Of a stretch of DNA of 64,000 bases, positions 35,766 to 45,068 are shown piece by piece (position 1 is the first letter of the stretch; every line of letters starts with the position of its first letter). Under the pieces are notes generated by a model. That model saw nothing but the letters and a program-made list of their open reading frames with translations. It had not been told where the DNA came from and did no database searches. The stretch lies in assembly GCA_963663195.1 (NCBI GenBank), contig OY760136.1:4030300-4094299 (forward strand). Reading direction: 5' to 3'. The position numbers and the translations under genes were made by a program. The DNA comes from Vicinamibacterales bacterium. Its GTDB lineage: Bacteria > Acidobacteriota > Vicinamibacteria > Vicinamibacterales > UBA8438.

Positions 35766-36728
35766 ATGCGACTCGCCGCCCTCGTTGTCGCCGTCGCTGC
35801 CGCGTTCGTCCTTCTGCTTGCCGGGGCTGTGCCCGCCGCCGCCCAGTCGTGGTCGCCGCCGTCGCCCGACGAACGGTGTCCCAGCAAGTGGGGCGCCGGA
35901 GATGAACGGGGCGCGGCCAACCACATGGGTCCCGAGACGTTGATCAAGGCCGCACGCCTGATACAGGCCGGCCGAATGATCGAGCTCGGACAGGTACTGA
36001 GAAGCTCGATGCCTCTCGGCGCCCGCCACTTCGACCTCTACATGAAGCCAACCGGCCCGCCCGCGGGCTCGAACCGGCGCGCCTCGAACGAGGAGCTGGT
36101 CGTCGCCGAGATGGGCCAGGTGGGCACGCAGTTCGACGGCTTCGCCCACCAGACCATCGGCGACAGCCTCTACAACTGCTTCGATCTGCACGAGACCATG
36201 ACCCGGACGGGCTTCACGCGGCTCGGTGTGGAGAACGTCGGGACGCTCATGACGCGGGGCGTGCTGATCGACGTGGCGGCCCTCAAGGGCGTCGACATGC
36301 TGCCCGACCGCTACGAAATTACGGTGGACGACCTGCAGCAGGCGCTCGACCGGCAGGAGGTAGTGCTGGAACCGGGCGATGCCGTGCTGATCCACACCGG
36401 ATGGGGCGTGCTCTGGGACACCGACGCGGAGCGCTTCATGGCAGGCAACCCGGGGATAGGAGTGGCGGCGGCACAGTGGCTGGTGGAACAGGATCCGATG
36501 CTGCTCGGGGCCGACAACCAGCCGATCGAGGTCTCGCCCAGTCCGGATCCGGAGATCTCGTTGCCGATCCACCAGATCATGCTCGTGGTGCACGGCATTC
36601 ACCTTGTGGAGCGGTTGCGGCTGGACGAGCTGGCCGCGGCCGGAGTGCACGAGTTCGCGTTCGTCGTGCAGCCGCTGAAGATTGAAGGCGCCACCGGGTC
36701 CTCCGTCGCCCCGGTTGCCATCTACTGA
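35766..36728 (+). CDS. Exported cyclase-family protein (kynurenine-formamidase-like fold)
   Basis: GGAGGA lies upstream of ATG. After a signal peptide come ..GTQFDGFAHQ.., ..GVLIDVAALKG.., ..GDAVLIHTGW.. and ..GADNQPIE.., matching the putative-cyclase pattern. Confidence 0.75.
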   Translation: MRLAALVVAVAAAFVLLLAGAVPAAAQSWSPPSPDERCPSKWGAGDERGAANHMGPETLIKAARLIQAGRMIELGQVLRSSMPLGARHFDLYMKPTGPPAGSNRRASNEELVVAEMGQVGTQFDGFAHQTIGDSLYNCFDLHETMTRTGFTRLGVENVGTLMTRGVLIDVAALKGVDMLPDRYEITVDDLQQALDRQEVVLEPGDAVLIHTGWGVLWDTDAERFMAGNPGIGVAAAQWLVEQDPMLLGADNQPIEVSPSPDPEISLPIHQIMLVVHGIHLVERLRLDELAAAGVHEFAFVVQPLKIEGATGSSVAPVAIY

Positions 36729-36810
36729 CTGCGGAGCCACGGCGGCCGTTGAGCCGACCGTGGCCCCTCGCGAGTGAAGCGGATCGCTTCGTCCGACTAC
36801 TGCCAACAGG

Positions 36811-37884
36811 ATGACCAGGTTCCACGATCTCGACGCGCTGCGCGGATTCGCCATGCTGCTGGGGATCCTGCTGCACGCCGGCCTCTTTCTCGTGCCGCTC
36901 GAGGAGTGGCCTGTGCACGAGGCGTGGGCCTGGGAGACCCCGCCGGTAACTAACGGATATGCCTTGTTCCTGTCCGTGGTACACGGTTTCCGGATGCCGT
37001 TGTTCTTCCTGATCAGCGGCTTCTTCACGGCGATGCTGTGGCAGTCGCGGGGCCTCCACCGCCTGTGGCGGAATCGGCTCCACCGCCTCGGCCTGCCGCT
37101 GCTGGCGGGCATCTTCACGGTCTTGCCGGCCATCGAGTGGCTCGACGCTGGCGCCGACTACGCGCTGCTCGACTGGCCGCTGGCGTGGCTGCGCGGGTTG
37201 GATGTCCTCTGGTTCCTGTGGTACCTGCTGCTGCTGGCCGCGGGGTTCATCGTCGCCGTCAGGCTCGGGCTGCGGTTCCGCCATCCGGCGTGGTGGCTGC
37301 TCGTGCCGCTGGCCGTGGCGCCGCAGTACGCAATGCACGACCTGGCATTCGGTCCCGACACGGAGGACGGGCTGATTCCGGCCGGCCGGGTCCTGGCCTA
37401 CTACGGCATCTTCTTCGCCGTCGGGGTGTTCTTCCGCCAGCGGGACATCGCGGTGCGGCGCTGGTGGGCGGCCGGCCTGGTCCCGGCGCTGGTGCTGTTC
37501 TTCCCCGCCGGCGTCGTCCTGCTGTACGACCCGGAATTCGAGCATGCAGGCGCCCCGTGGGTCTGGGCCGTGGCCGCGGTAGCGCAGGTCGCGTTCGCGT
37601 GGCTGATGTGCTTCGGATTGATGGGGCTGTTCCGCTGGATCGCCTGGAAGGAACGCTTCTGGGTGCGGTACCTGTCGGATGCGTCCTACTGGCTCTACCT
37701 GACCCACCTGCCGCTGGTTATCGGCGCGCAAATGCTGCTCGTGAGCTGGCCGCTAAGCGTCCATCTGAAGTTCCTGTTGATCTGCACCACGATCGTTGCC
37801 GGCCTGCTGGTCGTCTACCAGGCGGCAGTGCGCTACACCGTCATCGGGAGGACGCTGAACGGGCCGCGCACCCGGCTCCTCTAG
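36811..37884 (+). CDS. Acyltransferase family 3 membrane protein
   Basis: The N-terminus is MTRFHDLDALRGFAMLLGILLHAG..FRMPLFFLISGFF. There are about 10 TM segments, then ..SYWLYLTHLPLV.. Confidence 0.8.
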   Translation: MTRFHDLDALRGFAMLLGILLHAGLFLVPLEEWPVHEAWAWETPPVTNGYALFLSVVHGFRMPLFFLISGFFTAMLWQSRGLHRLWRNRLHRLGLPLLAGIFTVLPAIEWLDAGADYALLDWPLAWLRGLDVLWFLWYLLLLAAGFIVAVRLGLRFRHPAWWLLVPLAVAPQYAMHDLAFGPDTEDGLIPAGRVLAYYGIFFAVGVFFRQRDIAVRRWWAAGLVPALVLFFPAGVVLLYDPEFEHAGAPWVWAVAAVAQVAFAWLMCFGLMGLFRWIAWKERFWVRYLSDASYWLYLTHLPLVIGAQMLLVSWPLSVHLKFLLICTTIVAGLLVVYQAAVRYTVIGRTLNGPRTRLL

Positions 37885-37893
37885 AATCATGTA

Positions 37894-38973
37894 GTGAGGT
37901 GTGTGAACACAGTCTCGGTGGTGATCCTGTCGCTGCTGGGCGCCGCAATCGCGATCGGGGGAGCCGGACCACAGGTGGAACCAACCCGGGAGACCCTGCG
38001 CCGCTACCTCACAGACCAGGTCGGCTACTCCGACGGGGACTGGCGTGATGTCCTGGCCGGTCAAGCCGTGGCGAAGAATCTCGATACTCCCGAAGCCGTG
38101 GACGTGTCGATCTTCGGCGCCGTGCGGGTTCGGGGCCGGGCTAGCGACCTCACGGAACAGATACGGGAGATCGACGTATTCGAGCGCAAGCTCAATATCA
38201 TTGGCGTCGGCAAATTCAACGACCCGCCGCGGCTCAGTGATCTCGACGCACTCGAGCTGCTCGAGTCGGACGTACGTGACCTCCGCAACTGCCGGCCGGG
38301 TGACTGTGAACTGCAGCTCTCCGAGAAAGCCATGGCGCAGTTCGACGCGCACGTGGACTGGGACAGCGCGGATGCTACGGCCCAGGTGAATCGAATCTAC
38401 CGGGAGATAATCTTCGACGTGCTCCGCACCTATCGGGTCGGCGGCGTCGACACACTGGGCACATACGCAGACCGCATCCCGGCGACGCCGCTCTCCGAAG
38501 AGGTCCACGGCCTGACGCATCCGCTCGACACGCCGATGCCGATCCCGGAACTGACGCGGTTCCTCAGGGAGTACCCTCGATCGAGCCTTCCAGGCTCCGA
38601 CGAGTTCTTCTACTGGAACATGGGCGAGTTCGGCATGAAGCCGACGACCCGGCTCAACCAGGTGGTCATCCAGCCCTTCCCGACCGGCGCCGCAAGCCTG
38701 CCCGGCCTGCGCTACATCATCGCCACGCGCCAGATCTACGCCAACCACTACTTCAGTGCGACGCTGGAACTGCGAACGCTCGTCAACGACGACGGCGGCG
38801 AGGACGACGGGTTCTTCCTGCTCTACGCCACCCGATCGCGGGTCACGGGCCTGTCAGGTTTCTTCAAGGGCTTGCTGCGCGCGATCGTCAAGCGGCGGGC
38901 ACGGTCGGGGATGAGTCGGTACCTGATGAACACGCAAGCTGTCATCGAAGGTCGTTCCCTCGGCGGTCACTGA
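37894..38973 (+). CDS. Hypothetical exported protein
   Basis: GTG start followed by a signal-like N-terminus (VSVVILSLLGAAIAIGGAG). Coding-like composition, but no domain recognised. Confidence 0.6.
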   Translation: MRCVNTVSVVILSLLGAAIAIGGAGPQVEPTRETLRRYLTDQVGYSDGDWRDVLAGQAVAKNLDTPEAVDVSIFGAVRVRGRASDLTEQIREIDVFERKLNIIGVGKFNDPPRLSDLDALELLESDVRDLRNCRPGDCELQLSEKAMAQFDAHVDWDSADATAQVNRIYREIIFDVLRTYRVGGVDTLGTYADRIPATPLSEEVHGLTHPLDTPMPIPELTRFLREYPRSSLPGSDEFFYWNMGEFGMKPTTRLNQVVIQPFPTGAASLPGLRYIIATRQIYANHYFSATLELRTLVNDDGGEDDGFFLLYATRSRVTGLSGFFKGLLRAIVKRRARSGMSRYLMNTQAVIEGRSLGGH

Positions 38974-39084
38974 ACCGTACCGGGTCTAGTTGCTTGAGGA
39001 CATTGTCTGGAATAAACAGGCGGGAGCAGCAGAAACGGCTGGCAGTATTCGGGGCGATGCCGTAAGTTATTGATTCTAAAATGT

Positions 39085-39161
39085 GCGCCCGTAGCTCAGC
39101 TGGATAGAGCATCGGCCTTCTAAGCCGAGGGTCGCAGGTTCGAATCCTGCCGGGCGTGCCA
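39085..39161 (+). tRNA. tRNA-Arg (anticodon UCU)
   Basis: Hand-folded cloverleaf: acceptor GCGCCCG/CGGGCGT, D arm GCTC-AGCTGGATA-GAGC, anticodon arm TCGGC-CTTCTAA-GCCGA, T arm GCAGG-TTCGAAT-CCTGC, and an encoded CCA. Confidence 0.9.
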
Positions 39162-39213
39162 ACTTCAGCCGGGTTCCCGACGGATCCGGCACGTTCGGTC
39201 GAGCGAGCTCCGC

Positions 39214-40761
39214 ATGGCCATCGCTGCGCAGACGGACTACGAGCTCGGGCGCGACAACATTCGACTGCTCGGCCTCGACGTCCACAACCCGGTTTTCGTC
39301 GTCTCCAGCCTCACCATCATCGCATTCGTCGCGGGGGTGCTGGCGTTCCAGGACGCCGCGGCCGGCGCCTTCGACGCGCTCTACACCTGGCTCACCTCGA
39401 CGTTCGACTGGGTGTTCATCGGCGCCGGCAACATCTTCGTCCTCTTCTGCCTGGTGCTGCTGGTGACGCCGCTCGGCCGCGTGCGGCTCGGCGGACCCGA
39501 CGCCACGCCCGACTACTCCATGTGGTCGTGGTTCGCCATGCTGTTCGCGGCCGGCATCGGCATCGGCCTGATGTTCTTCGGCGTGGCCGAGCCGGTCGAC
39601 CATTTCCTGAATCCGCCGCTCGGCGTCGACCCGACGGACAGCGCCGCCGTGCAACGCCTCGCCATCGCCTCTTCCATCTTCCACTGGGGCGTCCATGCGT
39701 GGGCCATGTTCGCGGTGGTTGCCCTCGCGCTGGCCTTCGCCGCCTACAACCTCGGGTTGCCGCTGACGCTGCGGTCGGCGTTCTACCCGCTCCTGGGCGA
39801 CGCGGTGTGGGGCCGCGTCGGCCACGTCATCGACATCCTCGCCGTGTTCGCCACGCTCTTCGGATTGGCGACATCGCTCGGCCTGGGAGTCGAGCAGACG
39901 GCCGCGGGACTGTCCCATCTCTTCGGCGTGCCGGACAGCGATACGACCAAGGTGCTGCTGATCGCCGGCATCACGGCCATCGCGCTGATGTCGGTGGTCG
40001 CGGGGATGGACCGGGGCGTCAAGCGCCTGAGCCAGGCGAACCTGATCCTGGCCCTGCTGCTGCTCGCGTTCGTGCTGGCCGTCGGGCCCACGCTCGACCT
40101 GCTCCGCGGGTTCGTCGCCAGCATCGGCCACTACGTCCTGGCGATCGGTCCGCTCAGCAACTGGGTTGGACGGGACGATTCCGAATTCCTGCACGGGTGG
40201 ACCACGTTCTTCTGGGCGTGGTGGCTCTCGTGGTCTCCCTTCGTCGGCATGTTCATTGCCCGCGTCTCGCGCGGCCGTACGGTACGCGCGCTGATCGGCT
40301 GCATGCTGGTCGTGCCGGTGCTCGTCTCGGCGCTCTGGATGAACACGTTCGGGGCGACCGCGCTGTCGCACTATCTCGACACGGGCCAGACCGCCGTGGT
40401 CGAGGCGGTGCGGACGCAGCAGCCGGAGATGGCGCTCTTCAGAATGCTCGAGCTGCTGCCGCTGGCCGGCGTCACGTCGGGCATCGGCATCATTCTGGTG
40501 ATCGTCTTCTTCGTTACTTCGTCCGATTCCGGTTCGCTGGTCATCGACACCATCACCGCCGGCGGCAAGCTCGACGCGCCGGTCGCCCAGCGCGTTTTCT
40601 GGTGCACGTTCGAGGGGCTCGTGGCCATCACCCTGCTGCTAAGCGGCGGGCTCGTGGCGCTGCAGACCGCCGCGCTCGCCACCGGATTCCCGATCGCCCT
40701 GGTTCTGCTGGTGATGTGCTATAGCGTCTGGAAGGGGCTGTACGCGGCCCGGCCGACCTGA
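39214..40761 (+). CDS. BCCT-family (betaine/carnitine/choline) transporter
   Basis: The signature GWTTFFWAWWLSWSPFVGMFIARVSRGRTVR is present in a 12-TM-type protein. Confidence 0.92.
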   Translation: MAIAAQTDYELGRDNIRLLGLDVHNPVFVVSSLTIIAFVAGVLAFQDAAAGAFDALYTWLTSTFDWVFIGAGNIFVLFCLVLLVTPLGRVRLGGPDATPDYSMWSWFAMLFAAGIGIGLMFFGVAEPVDHFLNPPLGVDPTDSAAVQRLAIASSIFHWGVHAWAMFAVVALALAFAAYNLGLPLTLRSAFYPLLGDAVWGRVGHVIDILAVFATLFGLATSLGLGVEQTAAGLSHLFGVPDSDTTKVLLIAGITAIALMSVVAGMDRGVKRLSQANLILALLLLAFVLAVGPTLDLLRGFVASIGHYVLAIGPLSNWVGRDDSEFLHGWTTFFWAWWLSWSPFVGMFIARVSRGRTVRALIGCMLVVPVLVSALWMNTFGATALSHYLDTGQTAVVEAVRTQQPEMALFRMLELLPLAGVTSGIGIILVIVFFVTSSDSGSLVIDTITAGGKLDAPVAQRVFWCTFEGLVAITLLLSGGLVALQTAALATGFPIALVLLVMCYSVWKGLYAARPT

Positions 40762-40776
40762 CGATAAAATGGCCGC

Positions 40777-41295
40777 ATGAACCCACAATCCGAAGTCTGG
40801 CTGCGCGGCCCCGTGGAAGGTTTCGAGCCGCTGCTGATGCCGGCCGTGCACGCGATGTTGCAGGCGCGCGAGGACGTCGAGGGCCTGGTCGCGTCCGTGC
40901 CGGCCGATCACGTATGGGAGCGTCCCGGCGGCGCCGCGTCCGTAGGCTTTCACGTCCGCCACATGGGCGGGGCGCTCGATCGCCTGCTGACCTACGCGCG
41001 GGGCGAGATGCTGTCCGACGCCCAGAAGACCGCCGCGCGCTCCGAGACCGAACCGGAAGATCCCGCGCCCTCGCTGCATGAGGTCGCGGCGGAAGTGCAC
41101 GCGTCGATTGATCGCGCGCTGGATCAACTGCGGGCCACCTCGCGAGATGAACTGCTGGTTTCCAAAAAGGTGGGCCGCGCCGGCCTGCCGAGCACGACCC
41201 TGGGCCTGATATTCCACGCCGCCGAGCACTGCACCCGCCACGCGGGGCAGGCCATCTCGACGGCAAGGATCCTGAGCGGCTTGAACCGTACCTAG
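40777..41295 (+). CDS. DinB-family (DinB_2-like) four-helix-bundle protein
   Basis: 172 aa with His-containing helices (..GFHVRHMGGALDRL.., ..IFHAAEHCTRHAGQ..) typical of the DinB/YfiT superfamily. Confidence 0.75.
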   Translation: MNPQSEVWLRGPVEGFEPLLMPAVHAMLQAREDVEGLVASVPADHVWERPGGAASVGFHVRHMGGALDRLLTYARGEMLSDAQKTAARSETEPEDPAPSLHEVAAEVHASIDRALDQLRATSRDELLVSKKVGRAGLPSTTLGLIFHAAEHCTRHAGQAISTARILSGLNRT

Positions 41296-41327
41296 CGTCC
41301 GGCCGTTTCGAGGTCGGTGGAGATGCC

Positions 41328-43937
41328 ATGCCCCCCCATGCATACAACCCTGGACGCCTCGCCGCCGCCGCACTGCTGCTGTCGCTGGCCGCCGGCGCGC
41401 CGGCGGCCGCCCAGACGACCGGGACCATCGAGGGCGCCATCGTCGACGCGAACGGCGGCCCGCTGCCCGGCGTCGTTGTGACGGTGAGCGGTGCCGGCGT
41501 GCGCCAGGAACACGTTACCGGCGTGGACGGCGCGTACACGGTTGCCGGTCTGGCGGCGGGCGACTACGTGGTCACGGCGGTGCTGCCGGGTTTCGAGACG
41601 GCGGAAGTCCCGGTGTCCGTCCGGGCGGGCGGTATCGAGTCGGTCTCGATCACGCTGCAGATCGCCCGGCTGCTCGAGACGGTCAGCGTCGTCGCCGAAG
41701 AGCCCCGCATATTCGCGAGCAACGTCGTCGCCGAACCGATGCTGCTGCAGCAGTCCAGCATCACCAGCGTGACGTCGGTGGTCGACAACCTGCCCGGGGT
41801 ATCCATCCAGGAGGGCGACGCCTACGGCTTCGACGACTGGTCGAGCAACGTCGCCGTGCGCGGTTTCCAGGTGACCATCAGCGAGGCGCAGATCGGCACG
41901 ACCATCGACGGGTTTCCAAACGGCACGTCCGACTACTTCAGCGGCGCCAAGGCGAACCGGTTCATCGACCCGATGAACCTCGGCGGCGTCGAGGTGTCGC
42001 AGGGGACGGCCGACATCGCGTCCCGCTCGGTCGAGGCGCTGGGCGGCACTTTCAACTACCTGACGGACGATCCGGCGGCGGAGCGGACCTACACCGCGTC
42101 GACCACCATCGGCGAGAACGACGGCAAGCGGTTCTACATGCGTGTCGACAGCGGGCCGATGTTCGGCAGCGAGACACGCGCCTGGATTGCCGCCGTCCGC
42201 CAGGAGGCGACCGACTGGGTGCAGGGTTCGGCGCGCAACGAGCGGGAGCACGTCGCCGCCAAGCTGGTCTCGTCGCACGGGCGCCTCGACCTCACCAGCT
42301 ACATCTCGTACGACAGCATTCACGAGGACACCTACCAGCGGCTCTACAGCGCGGGCGACTTCGAGGCCAACCCGCGCTGGGACCGCCTGGTCGGCGACTG
42401 GCCGGGCGTGCCGTACCTGAACCAGTTCTACCGGCCCGGCTGGCAGACCAGGCGGAACAACACGTTCGCCTACCTGAAAGCGGACTGGTCGTTCAGCGAC
42501 GTCACCTCGCTGAGCGGCGGCTTCTATTTCCATCGCAACCGCGGCCGCGGCGACTGGCTGCCCCCCTACATCGTCGACGTCACGGACGACGGCGGCGGAC
42601 CGGAATCGGAGCTGCTGGGCGGGCCGCCCGTGCAGGGCGGCGCACAGCTCGGGCTGATCCGCTTCGTGGGCCCGGACGGCGCCGCGGTCGGACCGACGCC
42701 CGGGTGCACGTCGTCCTACATCTTCAACTACTACGGCTCGGGCGGCCCGGGGGTCGACCCGGCCTGCCACCCCGGCGCCACGGCGGTGCAGTCGTACCGC
42801 CACAGCCACTACGGCAAGGACCGCGTCGGCGTGACGCTCGACGAGGAGTGGTTCACCACCATCGGCGCCGCCGGCAGCACGCTGCGCGCCGGTGTCTGGT
42901 ACGAGGACTCGCGCCGGGACCTCGGCCGCGACTGGCACCAGATGCTGGACCCGACGCTCAACTTCAACTGGAACGAACAGGCGTACTGGTATCAGTACGA
43001 GTGGGACTTCCCGCAGAAGGTGTTCAAGTGGTACGTCGAGGAGACGCTCTATGCCGGACCGTTCGCGCTGAGCGGCGGCATCAAGCAGTTCCTGGTCGGC
43101 GTGTCGCGCGAGGACCTGTTCAATGTCGATCCGGAACTGGACGTCGATTCGGATTCGGATCTGCTGTTTTCCGGCGGCGTGACGTACGAGACGCCGGTCG
43201 ACGGCCTGGACCTGTTCGCCGGCTATTCCGAGAACTTCAAGGCGATCAGCGCCACGCTGCTGGAGGTACCGGGACGTAGCCTCGACCTCCTGGAACCGGA
43301 AACCGCCTCCAACATCGATGTCGGCCTGCAGTATTCGGGGGATCGTTTTGCGCTGGGCGCCACCTGGTACAACATCGACTTCGAGAACCGCATCTTCTAC
43401 CTCGGTCCGCAAACGCCCGCCGGTCCCAACTACCTCATCCCGGGCGGCGGCGCCTATTTCAACGCGGGCGGCATCGACACGAGCGGCATCGAGCTCTCGG
43501 CAACGGTGCAGTTGCCGCGCCAGACCTCGTTCTACACCGCCTACACGTTCAACGATTCGGCATATCTCGGGAGCGGCGATCCGCTCGTTGACGCCAACCA
43601 GGGCATCGTGGCGGGGACGGACGTCACCGGCGTGCCGGAGCAGCTGTGGGTCGTCTCGCTCGACCGCAGCGGTCCGCTGGGCGCGGGACTGACCGCCAAG
43701 TACACGTCGTCGCGGCGCGTCAGCCTGCGGGCGGACTGGTACGCGGACGCCTACTGGCTGGTGGACGCCTATGTCAGTTTTTCAGGCGAGGCGCTGAGCG
43801 AGCTGCTGCGATCGACGGAGTTCGCGATCGTCGCGAACAACCTGCTCGACAAGGCCTACCTGTCGGCCATCACCGAGAACGCCGCCTGGCTCGGCGCGCC
43901 GCGCACGGTCTCGATGACCGCGACCGTCTCGTTCTGA
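41328..43937 (+). CDS. TonB-dependent receptor with carboxypeptidase-regulatory-like N-domain
   Basis: Signal peptide, then TGTIEGAIVDANGGPLPGVVVTVSG..GDYVVTAVLPGF and the plug motifs ..SVVDNLPGVSIQE.. and ..VAVRGF.. The barrel ends ..TVSMTATVSF. Confidence 0.9.
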   Translation: MPPHAYNPGRLAAAALLLSLAAGAPAAAQTTGTIEGAIVDANGGPLPGVVVTVSGAGVRQEHVTGVDGAYTVAGLAAGDYVVTAVLPGFETAEVPVSVRAGGIESVSITLQIARLLETVSVVAEEPRIFASNVVAEPMLLQQSSITSVTSVVDNLPGVSIQEGDAYGFDDWSSNVAVRGFQVTISEAQIGTTIDGFPNGTSDYFSGAKANRFIDPMNLGGVEVSQGTADIASRSVEALGGTFNYLTDDPAAERTYTASTTIGENDGKRFYMRVDSGPMFGSETRAWIAAVRQEATDWVQGSARNEREHVAAKLVSSHGRLDLTSYISYDSIHEDTYQRLYSAGDFEANPRWDRLVGDWPGVPYLNQFYRPGWQTRRNNTFAYLKADWSFSDVTSLSGGFYFHRNRGRGDWLPPYIVDVTDDGGGPESELLGGPPVQGGAQLGLIRFVGPDGAAVGPTPGCTSSYIFNYYGSGGPGVDPACHPGATAVQSYRHSHYGKDRVGVTLDEEWFTTIGAAGSTLRAGVWYEDSRRDLGRDWHQMLDPTLNFNWNEQAYWYQYEWDFPQKVFKWYVEETLYAGPFALSGGIKQFLVGVSREDLFNVDPELDVDSDSDLLFSGGVTYETPVDGLDLFAGYSENFKAISATLLEVPGRSLDLLEPETASNIDVGLQYSGDRFALGATWYNIDFENRIFYLGPQTPAGPNYLIPGGGAYFNAGGIDTSGIELSATVQLPRQTSFYTAYTFNDSAYLGSGDPLVDANQGIVAGTDVTGVPEQLWVVSLDRSGPLGAGLTAKYTSSRRVSLRADWYADAYWLVDAYVSFSGEALSELLRSTEFAIVANNLLDKAYLSAITENAAWLGAPRTVSMTATVSF

Positions 43938-43961
43938 ACGGGCGCGCCGGCCGGCGCACCG

Positions 43962-45041
43962 TCAGACTTTCGGCGTGACCGCCAGGAAGCGGCGCGGGTT
44001 GTCGACGAGGATCTTGCGGACCGTGCGCTCGGGCACGCCGGCAAATAGCAGCTTCGGCACGAACTGCACGAGCACCGTCGAGAAACCGTTGCCGTAGTTG
44101 GCCTTCGAGTGGGTGCGGTTGCCCATGTCCGAGGAGAACACGATATGGTCCTCGAACCCGGCATCGAGCAGATCGAGCACCATCCGGACCTTTTCCGTCT
44201 CCGGGATCTGCGAGCGGCTCATCTCGTGGCCGACGGTGTCGAGGCCCACGAACGCGCCGCGGCGCGCGATGGCCGAGTGCGTGCCGATCGGGTCGTGCTC
44301 CTGCTTGATCGTCGACATGTGGCCGATCACCAGGTGGGCGAAGTCGACCCCGACCGACTCGAAGTTGTCCATCTGCTCCGTGGCGCAGCTCGGACAGCTC
44401 TCATGCGGCGTGTGGGTGAAGATCGGCAGCCCGGTGGCGACGTGGGCCCGGCCGATGGCGCGGTGGACCTTGCGCTCGTCAGGCCGCATCTGGAGCGACG
44501 AGCCGATCTCGCCGAACGCTCCCCAGCGCCGCTCGGCCGCATCCTGCACGAACTGCTCGTACAACGCGTCCTCGCTCATCTCGACCACCGGCACGGGATA
44601 GAACCTGAACCCGGTGTCCTGGAGATAGCCGCCGGCGCAAACGATGCGGACGTCCGCGCGGTCGGCCACGGCCTGCAGGTTGTCGAGCGCCTGCTGCGTG
44701 CGCCGCGCGCCCGCCGAATCGACCAGACAGGCCACGCCGTCGGCCCCGGCGGAGTCGACCTCGAAGAGCACTTCGTCCGGCTCGCCGCGCAGGTGCTCGT
44801 GGATCAGCGTCGCCCCGTTGGCGAGTTGTTGCGGATCCACGTCTCCCTGCAACGTGCGGATGACGGCCCCGCTCGGAAAGTCGGGCGCATCGGCGCTGGT
44901 GAACCGTATCGACTGCTGCGCGCCGGCGGCGACGCGGCCGCCGGCCGTCAGTCCCAAACCTGCCGTGGCGCCCAGCAGTCCAAGCGCCTCGCGCCGCGTG
45001 AGCCGCGCGTGCGGAGATTGTCGTCGCATGGTCATGGTCAA
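43962..45041 (-). CDS. Phosphotriesterase-family (amidohydrolase) protein with twin-arginine signal
   Basis: The sequence LTRREALGLLGATAGLGLTA is Tat-like. Motifs ..TLIHEHL.., ..FGEIGSS.., ..IFTHT.., ..VIGHM.. and ..FSSDMG.. match the PTE metal-ligand pattern. Confidence 0.8.
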   Translation of the reverse strand: MTMTMRRQSPHARLTRREALGLLGATAGLGLTAGGRVAAGAQQSIRFTSADAPDFPSGAVIRTLQGDVDPQQLANGATLIHEHLRGEPDEVLFEVDSAGADGVACLVDSAGARRTQQALDNLQAVADRADVRIVCAGGYLQDTGFRFYPVPVVEMSEDALYEQFVQDAAERRWGAFGEIGSSLQMRPDERKVHRAIGRAHVATGLPIFTHTPHESCPSCATEQMDNFESVGVDFAHLVIGHMSTIKQEHDPIGTHSAIARRGAFVGLDTVGHEMSRSQIPETEKVRMVLDLLDAGFEDHIVFSSDMGNRTHSKANYGNGFSTVLVQFVPKLLFAGVPERTVRKILVDNPRRFLAVTPKV

Positions 45042-45068
45042 GCCCTCACACCCGCCCGGAATCGAACG

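Noticed and set aside
39076-40371. 431-aa minus-strand ORF
   Set aside because: It overlaps the tRNA-Arg gene and is antisense to the BCCT transporter, which has an unambiguous signature. The translation is Arg/Glu/Asp/His-rich junk.
38974-41295. tRNA-Arg as an integration site for a genomic island
   Set aside because: There is no integrase, no duplicated tRNA 3' end (att-like direct repeat) and no composition shift. The flanking genes (BCCT transporter, DinB) look like ordinary chromosomal genes.
41292-43412. 706-aa minus-strand ORF; similar long antisense ORFs occur at 47263..49434, 48621..51080, 20924..23026, 23054..24877, 32068..34077 and 57005..58780
   Set aside because: All are antisense or out of frame to genes with strong family motifs (TBDR, malate synthase G, Lgt, family paralogues, esterase, DUF5916, beta-helix protein). 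None shows domain motifs, start context or signal peptides.
43938-43961. Palindrome GCGCCGGCCGGCGC between the convergent TBDR and phosphotriesterase genes as a bidirectional terminator
   Set aside because: It is a short GC palindrome without flanking T/A runs. Such sequences are common by chance at this GC content, so it is not reported as a feature.
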